Below, piece after piece: positions 22,562 to 30,280 of a stretch of DNA of 64,000 nucleotides; position 1 is the stretch's first letter, and every line of letters begins with the position of its first letter. Below the pieces are notes generated by a model, which searched no databases, had not been told where the DNA came from, and worked only from the letters and a program-made list of their open reading frames with translations. Source of the stretch: an uncultured Acidobacteriota bacterium (GTDB taxonomy: Bacteria > Acidobacteriota > Thermoanaerobaculia > Multivoradales > UBA5704); contig OY969474.1 of NCBI GenBank assembly GCA_963700145.1, positions 1,184,001 to 1,248,000 on the forward strand. Reading direction: 5' to 3'. The position numbers and the translations under genes are program-made.

Positions 22562-23772
22562 TCCGCTCCCTTCACGGGCCTGTTGCGCGGTCGCGCGTCC
22601 GGGCTGAATCTCGCCGGGATGCCGAGGTGCTTCTCCTGCAGCAGCATGCGCACCGACTCCCCAACCGGTCCGCCGTCCTCCGCCAGGCTGAGATGCTGGC
22701 TCATGACGTCCAGCTCGCCTTTCATCCACCGCCACTGCTCACTGCCCGGCGACAACGAGTCCGAGAGGTCGCGCGCCTGCCGGAAGTACTCGGCCGCCTC
22801 GGGGCGGTCCTCGATCAGCGCCTCTTCGAACTTGTACTGCAGCTCCCCGAACGTCTCTCTCTCACTTGCCGGCTGGAGAGGAAGAGCGGATCCCGCCGCC
22901 GCATCCGGCTCGTGCTGCGGTCGTCCGAGGGCCGCGTAGGCCCCGAGCACCAGCACGAGGAGAGCCACTCCGCCGGCGACCCAACTCCACCGCGGCAGGT
23001 GCGGCAGCCGCACTTCGGGCATCCGGGAGGCCGCGGTTTCCGTCCGGCGGCGGGCCTGCCGGAACGCCAGTCGCATCTGCCCGGCGTCGGCGAAGCGCTC
23101 GCGTCGCGCCCGGAGCGTCGCCTTGGCCGCGACGGCGGCGAGCGCGTGGCGGATGTCGTCCGGCACCGTCACGAGTGCTAGCAGCTCCACGAGGATCTGG
23201 CCGAGGGCGTAGATGTCGCTGGCGCAGTCCAGCGTGCCACCGGTCTCCTGCTCCGGGGCGCCGTAGGGAGGGGTGTAGGCCTTGAGCCCCTGCCGTCCCG
23301 AGCGCCGCGCGATCCCAAAGTCGATGAGAACCGGCTGAAACCCCTCGGGCGTGGTCGTCACCAGGACGTTGTCCGGCTTGAGATCGAGGTGCAGGAAGGG
23401 GGTGGCGCGATGGTGGAGGTAATCCACCGCCGCGAGTACGCGCTCGAAGAGGTCGAACACCGCCTCGGGCCGCAAGGCGTGCCGTCGCGCCCAGGCATCG
23501 AGCGGCTGGCCGGCCACTTTCTCCATCAGCAGGCAGACGCGCTGCTGCTCGTCGAAGTAGCAGCGGCGGAAGGTGACCACGTTGGGGTGTTTGAGCTCGC
23601 GAAGCAGCCTCGCCTCCTCGGAGAAGGCCTCTCGCACCTCGGGCCGGGCGCTCATCTCGGCGTTCAGCCGCTTGAGGACCAGCCGCTCCGCCAGAGCGCT
23701 GGCAGCGTCTTCGACCTCGAAGACCTCGGAGAATCCGCCCGCGGCGAGACGGCTGATAATGCGGTAGCTCAT
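22558..23772 (-). CDS. Hanks-type Ser/Thr protein kinase (non-RD) with one TM helix
   Basis: LAAGGFSEVF, LVLK, HLDLKPDN, DFG, YGAPE, DIYALG; TM WVAGGVALLVLVLGAYA. Confidence 0.9.
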   Translation of the reverse strand: MSYRIISRLAAGGFSEVFEVEDAASALAERLVLKRLNAEMSARPEVREAFSEEARLLRELKHPNVVTFRRCYFDEQQRVCLLMEKVAGQPLDAWARRHALRPEAVFDLFERVLAAVDYLHHRATPFLHLDLKPDNVLVTTTPEGFQPVLIDFGIARRSGRQGLKAYTPPYGAPEQETGGTLDCASDIYALGQILVELLALVTVPDDIRHALAAVAAKATLRARRERFADAGQMRLAFRQARRRTETAASRMPEVRLPHLPRWSWVAGGVALLVLVLGAYAALGRPQHEPDAAAGSALPLQPASERETFGELQYKFEEALIEDRPEAAEYFRQARDLSDSLSPGSEQWRWMKGELDVMSQHLSLAEDGGPVGESVRMLLQEKHLGIPARFSPDARPRNRPVKGAE

Positions 23773-23782
23773 GTCCTGCCCG

Positions 23783-25222
23783 TCAGACGATTCCGCGCTG
23801 GCGAAGGAAGGCCTGGATGTGATCGGGGCTGACCGCCTTGTTGCCGGCGCCCACCGGCTCCTGGAACTCCACCCGGATGCCCAAGATGTTTCCCCATCGG
23901 CTCACGAGCGGCTGCTGCGAAACGACGCCGATCAGCTCCCCTTTCTCGTTGACCAGCGCGCCGCCGCTGTTGCCTTGGGTCACAGAGGCGTCGAAGAGGA
24001 CATAGGCGGACTCGCTCGAGCCGGTGAGCGGCTGCGACACCGTTCCCACCACAAAGGTGGGCGTGATTTCCTTGACTTCGGTCCACTTCTCCCCGAAGCC
24101 GCTGACGTTCTTCAGGAGCATCGGCCGCTCCCCCAGTTGAGCCGGGTATCCCACCACGGCGATCCGGTCGGTCACGTTGACCTGGCGGTTCGAGGTCGCG
24201 ATCGGCACCACCGGGGCACTCGTAGGATGGATCTGGAGCAGCGCCAGGTCCCGGTCCTCCGCCAGCGCCACGACGGTCGCGTTGACCGGCCGCTGCCCGG
24301 CGAACTGCACCTGCAGGAGCTCGCACTCGGCGGTGGCAAAGCCCTGCTTCTGCCAATCAGACCAGTCCGCGATGGCGACGGTCCAGGGTTGGACCACGTG
24401 CTTGGCGGTCAGGATCAGGCCCGGCTTGATGACGACTCCGGAGCCGGTCGCCGGTCCGCCGAACTCCCCCGTCGGAGCGACCGCAGAGGGGTGCGGCACC
24501 CGGATGCGGTAGAAACAGTGGACTTCCGGCACCGCCGGGCTCACCCTCTTCTCGATGTCTGACCAGAGAGTCTTCTCCTTTTGCATCGCCGCCTGCTGTT
24601 CGCGCAGCTTCCCCTCAAGCGCCGCCTTTTCGGCTCCCGCACGTCGCTGGTTCCACCACATCGCGCCGCCGATGCCGCCGCCGGCGAGCAGCAGCACGAG
24701 CGCGAGCCCGACGCCGAGCCATAGGCCGGTGCTCTTCTTCGCCTTCGTCACCTCCCCCACCATGGCATCGCGCTCTTCCTGCCTGGCACGATCGATCTCG
24801 CGCAGCATCGTCGCGCGGCCGACCGCTTCCTTCGGCGCGGCGGCGGCGCCGGTGGCCGCGAGCGAGGGGCCCGGCGCCGCGGCGGCCGGCGCGGGCTCCA
24901 CGGTGACCTGTAGCTCGGGCCCTTCCCGTGCAAGACGCACGCGCGAGCCGTCGGGGACGGCGACCTTTTGAAAGGGCGGGCACTGCGCTCCGTTGACGAA
25001 GGTGCCGTTGGAGCTGCGCTTGTCCTCGATGACGAGGCGGCCGTTCTGCAGGCTCAGCTCGGCATGGTGAGTGCTGACGCTGTCGTCCGCCGTGTCGCTG
25101 AACTTGAGGTCGCTCTCCGGCGCGCGGCCCAAACGGAGCACCTGCCCTTCCTGTAGCGCGACGCGCTGGCTCTTGCCGGAAAGGGACCCCGTGAGGTGCC
25201 GGATGGTGAGGATCATGGACAT
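23783..25222 (-). CDS. FHA domain - TM - trypsin-like (S1) serine protease
   Basis: FHA motifs LGR, VSTHHAE, SSNGTFVNG; a TM helix; protease triad LTAKHVV, DRDLALL, GNSGGAL. Confidence 0.92.
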   Translation of the reverse strand: MSMILTIRHLTGSLSGKSQRVALQEGQVLRLGRAPESDLKFSDTADDSVSTHHAELSLQNGRLVIEDKRSSNGTFVNGAQCPPFQKVAVPDGSRVRLAREGPELQVTVEPAPAAAAPGPSLAATGAAAAPKEAVGRATMLREIDRARQEERDAMVGEVTKAKKSTGLWLGVGLALVLLLAGGGIGGAMWWNQRRAGAEKAALEGKLREQQAAMQKEKTLWSDIEKRVSPAVPEVHCFYRIRVPHPSAVAPTGEFGGPATGSGVVIKPGLILTAKHVVQPWTVAIADWSDWQKQGFATAECELLQVQFAGQRPVNATVVALAEDRDLALLQIHPTSAPVVPIATSNRQVNVTDRIAVVGYPAQLGERPMLLKNVSGFGEKWTEVKEITPTFVVGTVSQPLTGSSESAYVLFDASVTQGNSGGALVNEKGELIGVVSQQPLVSRWGNILGIRVEFQEPVGAGNKAVSPDHIQAFLRQRGIV

Positions 25223-25251
25223 GGTCTCTGCCCCTTTTTCTGGTGGTGCGG

Positions 25252-26118
25252 TCAAACGATCTCCGGCCCGGCGTCCGCAACTACCCGCTCCGAGCCCTCC
25301 TGCGGATCGACGATCAGGAACAACAGCTCGGTCGCGCCGACGCGGATCCGGTCGCGGTCGCGGAGCGGCACGCTGCCGTTGGCCGGCACCTCGCGCCCGT
25401 TGACCCAGGTGCCGTTGGTGGAGAGGCGGTCGGCGAGGTGGAACGTTCCGCCGCGGTGCAGAAGCACCGCGTGCTCCCGCGAGATCTCGGGGTCGCCGCC
25501 GATGACGATGTCATTCCCGCGACCGGTGCCGACGGCGTTCTTTCCGGCGCGTACAGGGAACACGGCGCCAGCCGCGCCGAGACCCGGCGCTGCGAGGACG
25601 GCGACGAGTCTGCCCGTCCCCGCCGGCCCGGCCACCGCGACCGATGGCTGCGGAGCACCGGCACCGATCGAGGCCGGAATCGAAGAGGGCGACGCATCCG
25701 GCTGCAAGACCGTCCGGCCGCGCGACGGGGCCTCCGGTGGCTCGAGCCGCGTGGGTGCGGGGCCGCGTTGCGCGGGCTCCGCCCTCGCGGCGTCCCCTTC
25801 GAGTCGGGTGTGGCGACCCTCTGCGCTCGTGACCACGTCTTCAGGCTCGAGGCGGGTCGGCTTCGACGAAGGCTCTCCAGGCGCCCTGCCGCTGGCCGCC
25901 TGGCGTTCGCAATAGGGGCAGGTCTTCCACGAAGGGTCGATCGGATGTCCCTCTGGACAACGCACCGAATTCGTCGCAGCGGCTCCTGTCCTCACCGCAA
26001 CGTGCAACGTCGTTCCGCAAGCCAGGCAAACTGTTTCGGTCACCGGATTCAACGTCTGGCAGCCAGAGCACTCGATCACGACATTCTCCCCGTCGAGTTG
26101 GCCGACCCAACTACTCAC
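25252..26118 (-). CDS. Zinc-ribbon plus FHA domain protein
   Basis: CSGC..CLAC and CPEGH..CPYC ribbons, a linker with repeated TRLE/TVLQ motifs, and a C-terminal FHA (ISREHAV, STNGTWVNG). Confidence 0.88.
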   Translation of the reverse strand: MSSWVGQLDGENVVIECSGCQTLNPVTETVCLACGTTLHVAVRTGAAATNSVRCPEGHPIDPSWKTCPYCERQAASGRAPGEPSSKPTRLEPEDVVTSAEGRHTRLEGDAARAEPAQRGPAPTRLEPPEAPSRGRTVLQPDASPSSIPASIGAGAPQPSVAVAGPAGTGRLVAVLAAPGLGAAGAVFPVRAGKNAVGTGRGNDIVIGGDPEISREHAVLLHRGGTFHLADRLSTNGTWVNGREVPANGSVPLRDRDRIRVGATELLFLIVDPQEGSERVVADAGPEIV

Positions 26119-26875
26119 AGATCCTGGTGCTTCGAGGCCCGGGCCGGCTCGAGATCACGCGAATACAGCCAATGGTGATGTTGTCCTGGCTCTGCCCATC
26201 GAGCGCAGCGCGCAGGAGGTTGTGACACACTTCCGCTGCCGAACCCGAGCGCTCGATAACCTGAGCGATCACCTCATCGGGCACGGCGCCATGAAGACCG
26301 TCGGAGCAAAGCAAGACAACATCGTCAGCGTCGAGAGGCGCGGCTGCCCCGACCTCCACCTCGAGGGCTCCTGCCTGTCCGAGGGCGCGCTGAATCACGT
26401 GATTGTCGGGGTGACCGAATGCCTCGTCCTCTCGCAGCAGACCGTCGCGGACCATTTGGGCGACCAGGGAGTGATCGGCAGTCAGGCGGTAAAGAGAACG
26501 GCCGCGGCAGAGGTAGACCCGGCTGTCGCCCACGTGGGCGATGTGAAGGACGGGGCTCGGCGACACTTCGTCGACGACCACTAGAGCGGCGGTCGCTCCC
26601 ATCGGAGATGGCCCCGTCTCCACGTGGGCCCGGGAGGCCTCGACGACCGCTGTATGCGCCGCATCCACAGCCTCCCGCAAGGCGGCGTCCCAACCCTCGG
26701 CGCTGCGAGTGCGAATCGACTCGAGGCAAACCCGCACCACGATCTCGGCCGCTTCTCGCCCCGCGACGTGACCTCCCATGCCATCCGAGACGACGACCGC
26801 GAGCTCCCGTTCGCCGCGCCAGGCAACGCCCGCGTCCTGGTTTTCCTCGCGTGCCGGGCCGCACTCGGAGATCAC
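26111..26875 (-). CDS. PP2C-family Ser/Thr protein phosphatase
   Basis: REENQD, VVSDGMGGH, HVGDSRVY, TADHS, LCSDGL, DNIT. Confidence 0.93.
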   Translation of the reverse strand: MISECGPAREENQDAGVAWRGERELAVVVSDGMGGHVAGREAAEIVVRVCLESIRTRSAEGWDAALREAVDAAHTAVVEASRAHVETGPSPMGATAALVVVDEVSPSPVLHIAHVGDSRVYLCRGRSLYRLTADHSLVAQMVRDGLLREDEAFGHPDNHVIQRALGQAGALEVEVGAAAPLDADDVVLLCSDGLHGAVPDEVIAQVIERSGSAAEVCHNLLRAALDGQSQDNITIGCIRVISSRPGPRSTRICE

Positions 26876-27130
26876 CTGAACGTCGAGGGCGAACGTGGGC
26901 GGCGCAGGCGCCGCCTCGACGTTCGCCGCTCTCTCCAGCCGCGAGCTACTCCCTCGCCACCGCTGCTCCAGGTCGCCTCCTCAACGCCGCGCGCTGTTTT
27001 GACTCTCTCCAACAGCTTAAACTGACAGCTGAGCGATAGTCCAATCGAAAAGTTGCGATATCTAGAAGGAAAAGCGGTAGCAACGCCGCTCGCGCGGCGC
27101 TATCCAAGGCGGGCGCGGCGGGTGCCTAGC

Positions 27131-28003
27131 TCAGAACGGGAAGAGCCGGATCAGGTTGAAGCCGAGGCGCACGTCGTCCTCGGCGAAGCCCGGCGGGAAG
27201 TCGCTGCCCAGCATCTGATCGACGGTCGTGGCCCGCGAGTTGCCGAGGACGACCTCGAAGATGTGGCGGCCGACGTCGTGCGAGAAGCCGACGTGCCAGG
27301 CGGTGACGCTGTCGTCGAGGTCGCGGTTCGCCGGCACCACCTCCAGCTCGAGGAGGCGCCCGTGCGGCAGCGGCACGGTGAGGCCGACGGGCACGTTCAT
27401 GGCGTCGCTCAGCCGCGTCGTCTCGCCCACCCAGGAGGGGGCGACGAGGAGGTTCACGCCGCGGCCGAAGCGGCGGACGACGATGAGCTGGGCGAAGGGG
27501 CGCGTGGGGTCGGCGACCCCTTCGCGCTCCAGCCGGTCCACCCCGGCGCGCACGGCGACCGAGAGCGGCACCCGCCGCTTCTGCTCGAAGAGCAGGAGCT
27601 TGCCGAAGACCTCGTAGTCTTCCTGGAACGACGAGCGGTAGAGCCCGAGGTCGAGCCGGCGGGCGAGGCCGAAGGTCATGCCGATGCCGACGTCGGCGGC
27701 GCCGTCGAGGCCCCAGAGGTCGTGCGAGCTGCCGTCCTGCACCGTCTGCTGGAAGCGGTGGGTGAAGAGCAACTCCCACATCCGCGCCCCGACCGGGAAG
27801 GGAGTGGCGGTGTCGATCAGGCGGGTGCCGAGCGGATCGCGCTCGGTTGTCTCCTCGGTGGGCTCCTCGGCGAGCTCTTCGGCCGGCGCCGCCGGCTCCT
27901 GCGGCGCCGCTTCCTCCTGTGCCGGGGCCGGACCGGCGAGCAGGGCGGCGAGCAGGGCGGCGAGGAGGCAGGAGCGGCAGGTCGCGACGCGGGCGTCAGT
28001 CAT
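27131..28003 (-). CDS. Outer-membrane beta-barrel protein (DUF5777-like)
   Basis: Signal peptide, FTHRF, LWGLDG, alternating amphipathic strands, GRHIFEVVLGNS and a C-terminal LGFNLIRLF. Confidence 0.75.
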   Translation of the reverse strand: MTDARVATCRSCLLAALLAALLAGPAPAQEEAAPQEPAAPAEELAEEPTEETTERDPLGTRLIDTATPFPVGARMWELLFTHRFQQTVQDGSSHDLWGLDGAADVGIGMTFGLARRLDLGLYRSSFQEDYEVFGKLLLFEQKRRVPLSVAVRAGVDRLEREGVADPTRPFAQLIVVRRFGRGVNLLVAPSWVGETTRLSDAMNVPVGLTVPLPHGRLLELEVVPANRDLDDSVTAWHVGFSHDVGRHIFEVVLGNSRATTVDQMLGSDFPPGFAEDDVRLGFNLIRLFPF

Positions 28004-28421
28004 TCAGCGCTCCCTCCCGGATCCACCCGGCGATGCCGGCGATCTGCTCCGCCGTCAGGTACGGCGGCCCGTCCTGCGGCATGCGGTCGCCGGTGATGTC
28101 GGGGTCGCCGCGCAGCTTCTTGATGATGTAGCTGCGCTCCGGATCGCCTGGCGTCACCCGCGGCAGCGCGCTGCCCAGCGAGGTGTGGTTGACCAGCAGG
28201 CCGTAGCTCTGGCCGGCCGCCAACACCAGGCCGTTCTGCGCCGTCGCCGGGTCGTGGCAGCCGGCCTTCGAGCAGATCGGCGTGAAGATGTTGATCTGGA
28301 TCTGCGAGAAGGTGAAGGCCGGGCCTTCGGGCCCCTCCACCGGCTCGGTCGGGCTCTTGACCGTGCCGCAGGCGGCGAGCGCCAGGGCCAGGACGGCGGC
28401 GGCCGGCAGCGCCCCCCGCAC
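27996..28421 (-). CDS. Lipoprotein with probable c-type heme domain (CX4CH motif)
   Basis: GTG 28421 start; lipobox LAAC; IFTPICSKAGCH, V.PGDPERSY, GDRMP (possible axial Met), WI.EGA. Confidence 0.75.
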   Translation of the reverse strand: MRGALPAAAVLALALAACGTVKSPTEPVEGPEGPAFTFSQIQINIFTPICSKAGCHDPATAQNGLVLAAGQSYGLLVNHTSLGSALPRVTPGDPERSYIIKKLRGDPDITGDRMPQDGPPYLTAEQIAGIAGWIREGALND

Positions 28422-28861
28422 TAGTACCCGGGCCCCGGCGGGGGCGCGTCGGAGCCGACGCGCACCGAGCCGCGCATGCTGCAGCAGTCGGCGTGCGCCT
28501 GGCACCGATACTCGAAGGTCCGGCCGCTGTCGGCGGCGCTGAACGTGCGCCGGAAGGTCGCTCCCGGCGCCGTGAACACGGCGCCGCTGTCGAAGGCGCC
28601 GTTGAGCGCGGTCACGGTGTGGGTCGGGTCGCTGCCGCGCATCACCCAGGCGACCGTCTCGCCGGGCTGGATGACGATCTGTTTGGGCGAGAAGCTGTGC
28701 TCGCTCAGCTCGACGGTGACGGCCTGGGGGTTCGGGGCCGGCGGCGCGGTGGGTCCGCCTCCGCCGCCGCCACCGCCGCAAGCGAGAACGAGGCCGAGGG
28801 CGGCGGCCACTGAGGTCAGGAGGGCAAGCGCCGCGCGGTTGGAGAGTTTTCCTTGGAGCAT
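28421..28861 (-). CDS. Cupredoxin (plastocyanin/azurin-like) lipoprotein
   Basis: Lipobox VLAC; FSPKQIVIQPGETVAW, HTV and Y.C..H....M.G type-1 copper ligand pattern; AGGAGG RBS. Confidence 0.85.
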   Translation of the reverse strand: MLQGKLSNRAALALLTSVAAALGLVLACGGGGGGGGPTAPPAPNPQAVTVELSEHSFSPKQIVIQPGETVAWVMRGSDPTHTVTALNGAFDSGAVFTAPGATFRRTFSAADSGRTFEYRCQAHADCCSMRGSVRVGSDAPPPGPGY

Positions 28862-28891
28862 CGCGCACCTCCTTTTTTTGCGTCGCCCGTC

Positions 28892-28917
28892 AGTCCCGGC
28901 CGCTCGCGCCGGGGTTC
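28892..28917 (-). promoter_or_regulatory. Putative ECF sigma promoter GAACC-N16-GGACT driving the cupredoxin operon
   Basis: The reverse complement reads GAACC ccggcgcgagcggccg GGACT, about 30 nt upstream of the cupredoxin start. Confidence 0.65.
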
Positions 28918-28933
28918 ACGGCCCGGCGGCATC

Positions 28934-28959
28934 GAACCTTTTGCCCGCCAACCGGGACT
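28934..28959 (+). promoter_or_regulatory. Putative autoregulatory ECF sigma promoter GAACC-N16-GGACT
   Basis: GAACC ttttgcccgccaaccg GGACT lies directly upstream of the RBS and ATG of the ECF gene, with the same boxes and spacing as the divergent copy. Confidence 0.65.
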
Positions 28960-28976
28960 CACGCGCGAGAGGAGCT

Positions 28977-29555
28977 ATGCTCGCCGCCATGCCGGCGCAG
29001 GACGAACGCTCACTGCTGCAACGGGTTGCGGCGCGGGATCGCAAGGCCTTCGAGGCCCTCTACCACCTCTACTACCGCCGCCTCTTCGGCTACGTCTTCA
29101 AGCTGACGCGGCGGCCCGAGCTGGTCGAGGAAGTGGTCAATGACGTGCTGTTGGCCGTCTGGCAGGGAGCCGGGCGCTTCGACGGCCGCTCCCGCCCCTC
29201 GACCTGGGTCTTCGGCATCGCCTACCACAAGGCGCTCAAGGCCCTCGCCCGCGCCGGCGTGCGGGCCGGGGCGGTCGAGGAGGAGCGGGTGGCGGCGGAG
29301 CCGGTCGACCCCGAGGGGCCGGAGAGCCTGATGGCGCGGCGGGAGCTGCAGAGCGTGCTCGGACGGGCGCTCGCCACCCTCTCGCCGGAGCAGCGGGCGG
29401 TGGTCGAGATGACCTACGTCTACGGCTGCTCGTACCAGGAGATCGCGGCGGCGATCGGCTGTCCGGTGAACACCGTCAAGACGCGGATGTTCCACGCCCG
29501 CCGGAAGCTGCGCGACCTGTTGCCCGGGCTCGGCGTCAGCAGCCACGGCGGCTAG
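28977..29555 (+). CDS. ECF-family RNA polymerase sigma factor
   Basis: AFEALY, EEVVNDV..VW..A.RFDGRS.PSTWVFGIA (region 2) and LSPEQRAVV....G.SY.EIA..GCPVNTVKTRMFHAR (region 4). Start is 28977 or 28989. Confidence 0.95.
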   Translation: MLAAMPAQDERSLLQRVAARDRKAFEALYHLYYRRLFGYVFKLTRRPELVEEVVNDVLLAVWQGAGRFDGRSRPSTWVFGIAYHKALKALARAGVRAGAVEEERVAAEPVDPEGPESLMARRELQSVLGRALATLSPEQRAVVEMTYVYGCSYQEIAAAIGCPVNTVKTRMFHARRKLRDLLPGLGVSSHGG

Positions 29556-29578
29556 GGCGAGGCGGAGGGGGACACACG

Positions 29579-30280
29579 ATGGGACACGAGGCGCGCGGGC
29601 ACGAGGAGCTGGAGCTGCTCCTCCCCTGGTACGTCAACGGCACGCTGGAAGCGGCCGAGCGGGCGGCGCTGGACGACCATCTCGCCGGCTGCGCCCGCTG
29701 CCGCGCCGAGCTGGCGCGCGAGGAGGGGCTGGCCGCCACTCTGCGCGCGACCGAGGACGTCGCCCCGGCGCCCCACCCGGCGCAGCTCGCCCGCCTGATG
29801 GGCCGCCTCGACGGCGAGCCGCGCGCCGAGCGGCTGCCGCGACTCGCCGCGCTCTGGGCCGGCACCCCGCGGCCGGTGCGCTGGGCCGTCGCGGCGCAGG
29901 CGCTCCTCGTCCTCGCTCTTGCCGCCGTGACCGGCTGGCGGGCCGGCGGCGCGGACCCCGCGCGCGAGACCGCCGCGGTGCAGACGCCCGCCGCCGAGTT
30001 CCGCACCCTGTCCGACACCGCGCCCGAGGCGCCCGCCGCGGCGCCGGCCGGCGCGGTGCGCCTGCGCGTCCTCTTCGCCGAGGAAACCTCCGCCCGCGCG
30101 GTGCGCGCCATCCTCCTGTGCGTCGGCGGCCGCATCGTCGACGGCCCCTCGCCGCTCGGCGTCTACACCGTGGAGGTCCCGGCGGGCCCCGCCGCCGATC
30201 CGCTGGAGGTCGTCCTCGATCACCTCCGCGCCCAGCCGGAGGTCCGCTTCGCCGGGGAGGCGGCCGGCGGAGGGACGTAG
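29579..30280 (+). CDS. Zinc-finger (HxxxCxxC) anti-sigma factor with TM helix and extracytoplasmic domain
   Basis: LLPWYVNGTL...HLAGCARC, TM WAVAAQALLVLALAAV, C-terminal GGRIVDGPSPLGVY; directly follows the ECF gene. Confidence 0.9.
   Translation: MGHEARGHEELELLLPWYVNGTLEAAERAALDDHLAGCARCRAELAREEGLAATLRATEDVAPAPHPAQLARLMGRLDGEPRAERLPRLAALWAGTPRPVRWAVAAQALLVLALAAVTGWRAGGADPARETAAVQTPAAEFRTLSDTAPEAPAAAPAGAVRLRVLFAEETSARAVRAILLCVGGRIVDGPSPLGVYTVEVPAGPAADPLEVVLDHLRAQPEVRFAGEAAGGGT

Noticed and set aside
19890-26875. Type VI secretion regulatory module (PpkA/PppA/Fha)
   Set aside because: No T6SS structural genes are in the window, and the FHA-trypsin and second kinase do not fit that module.
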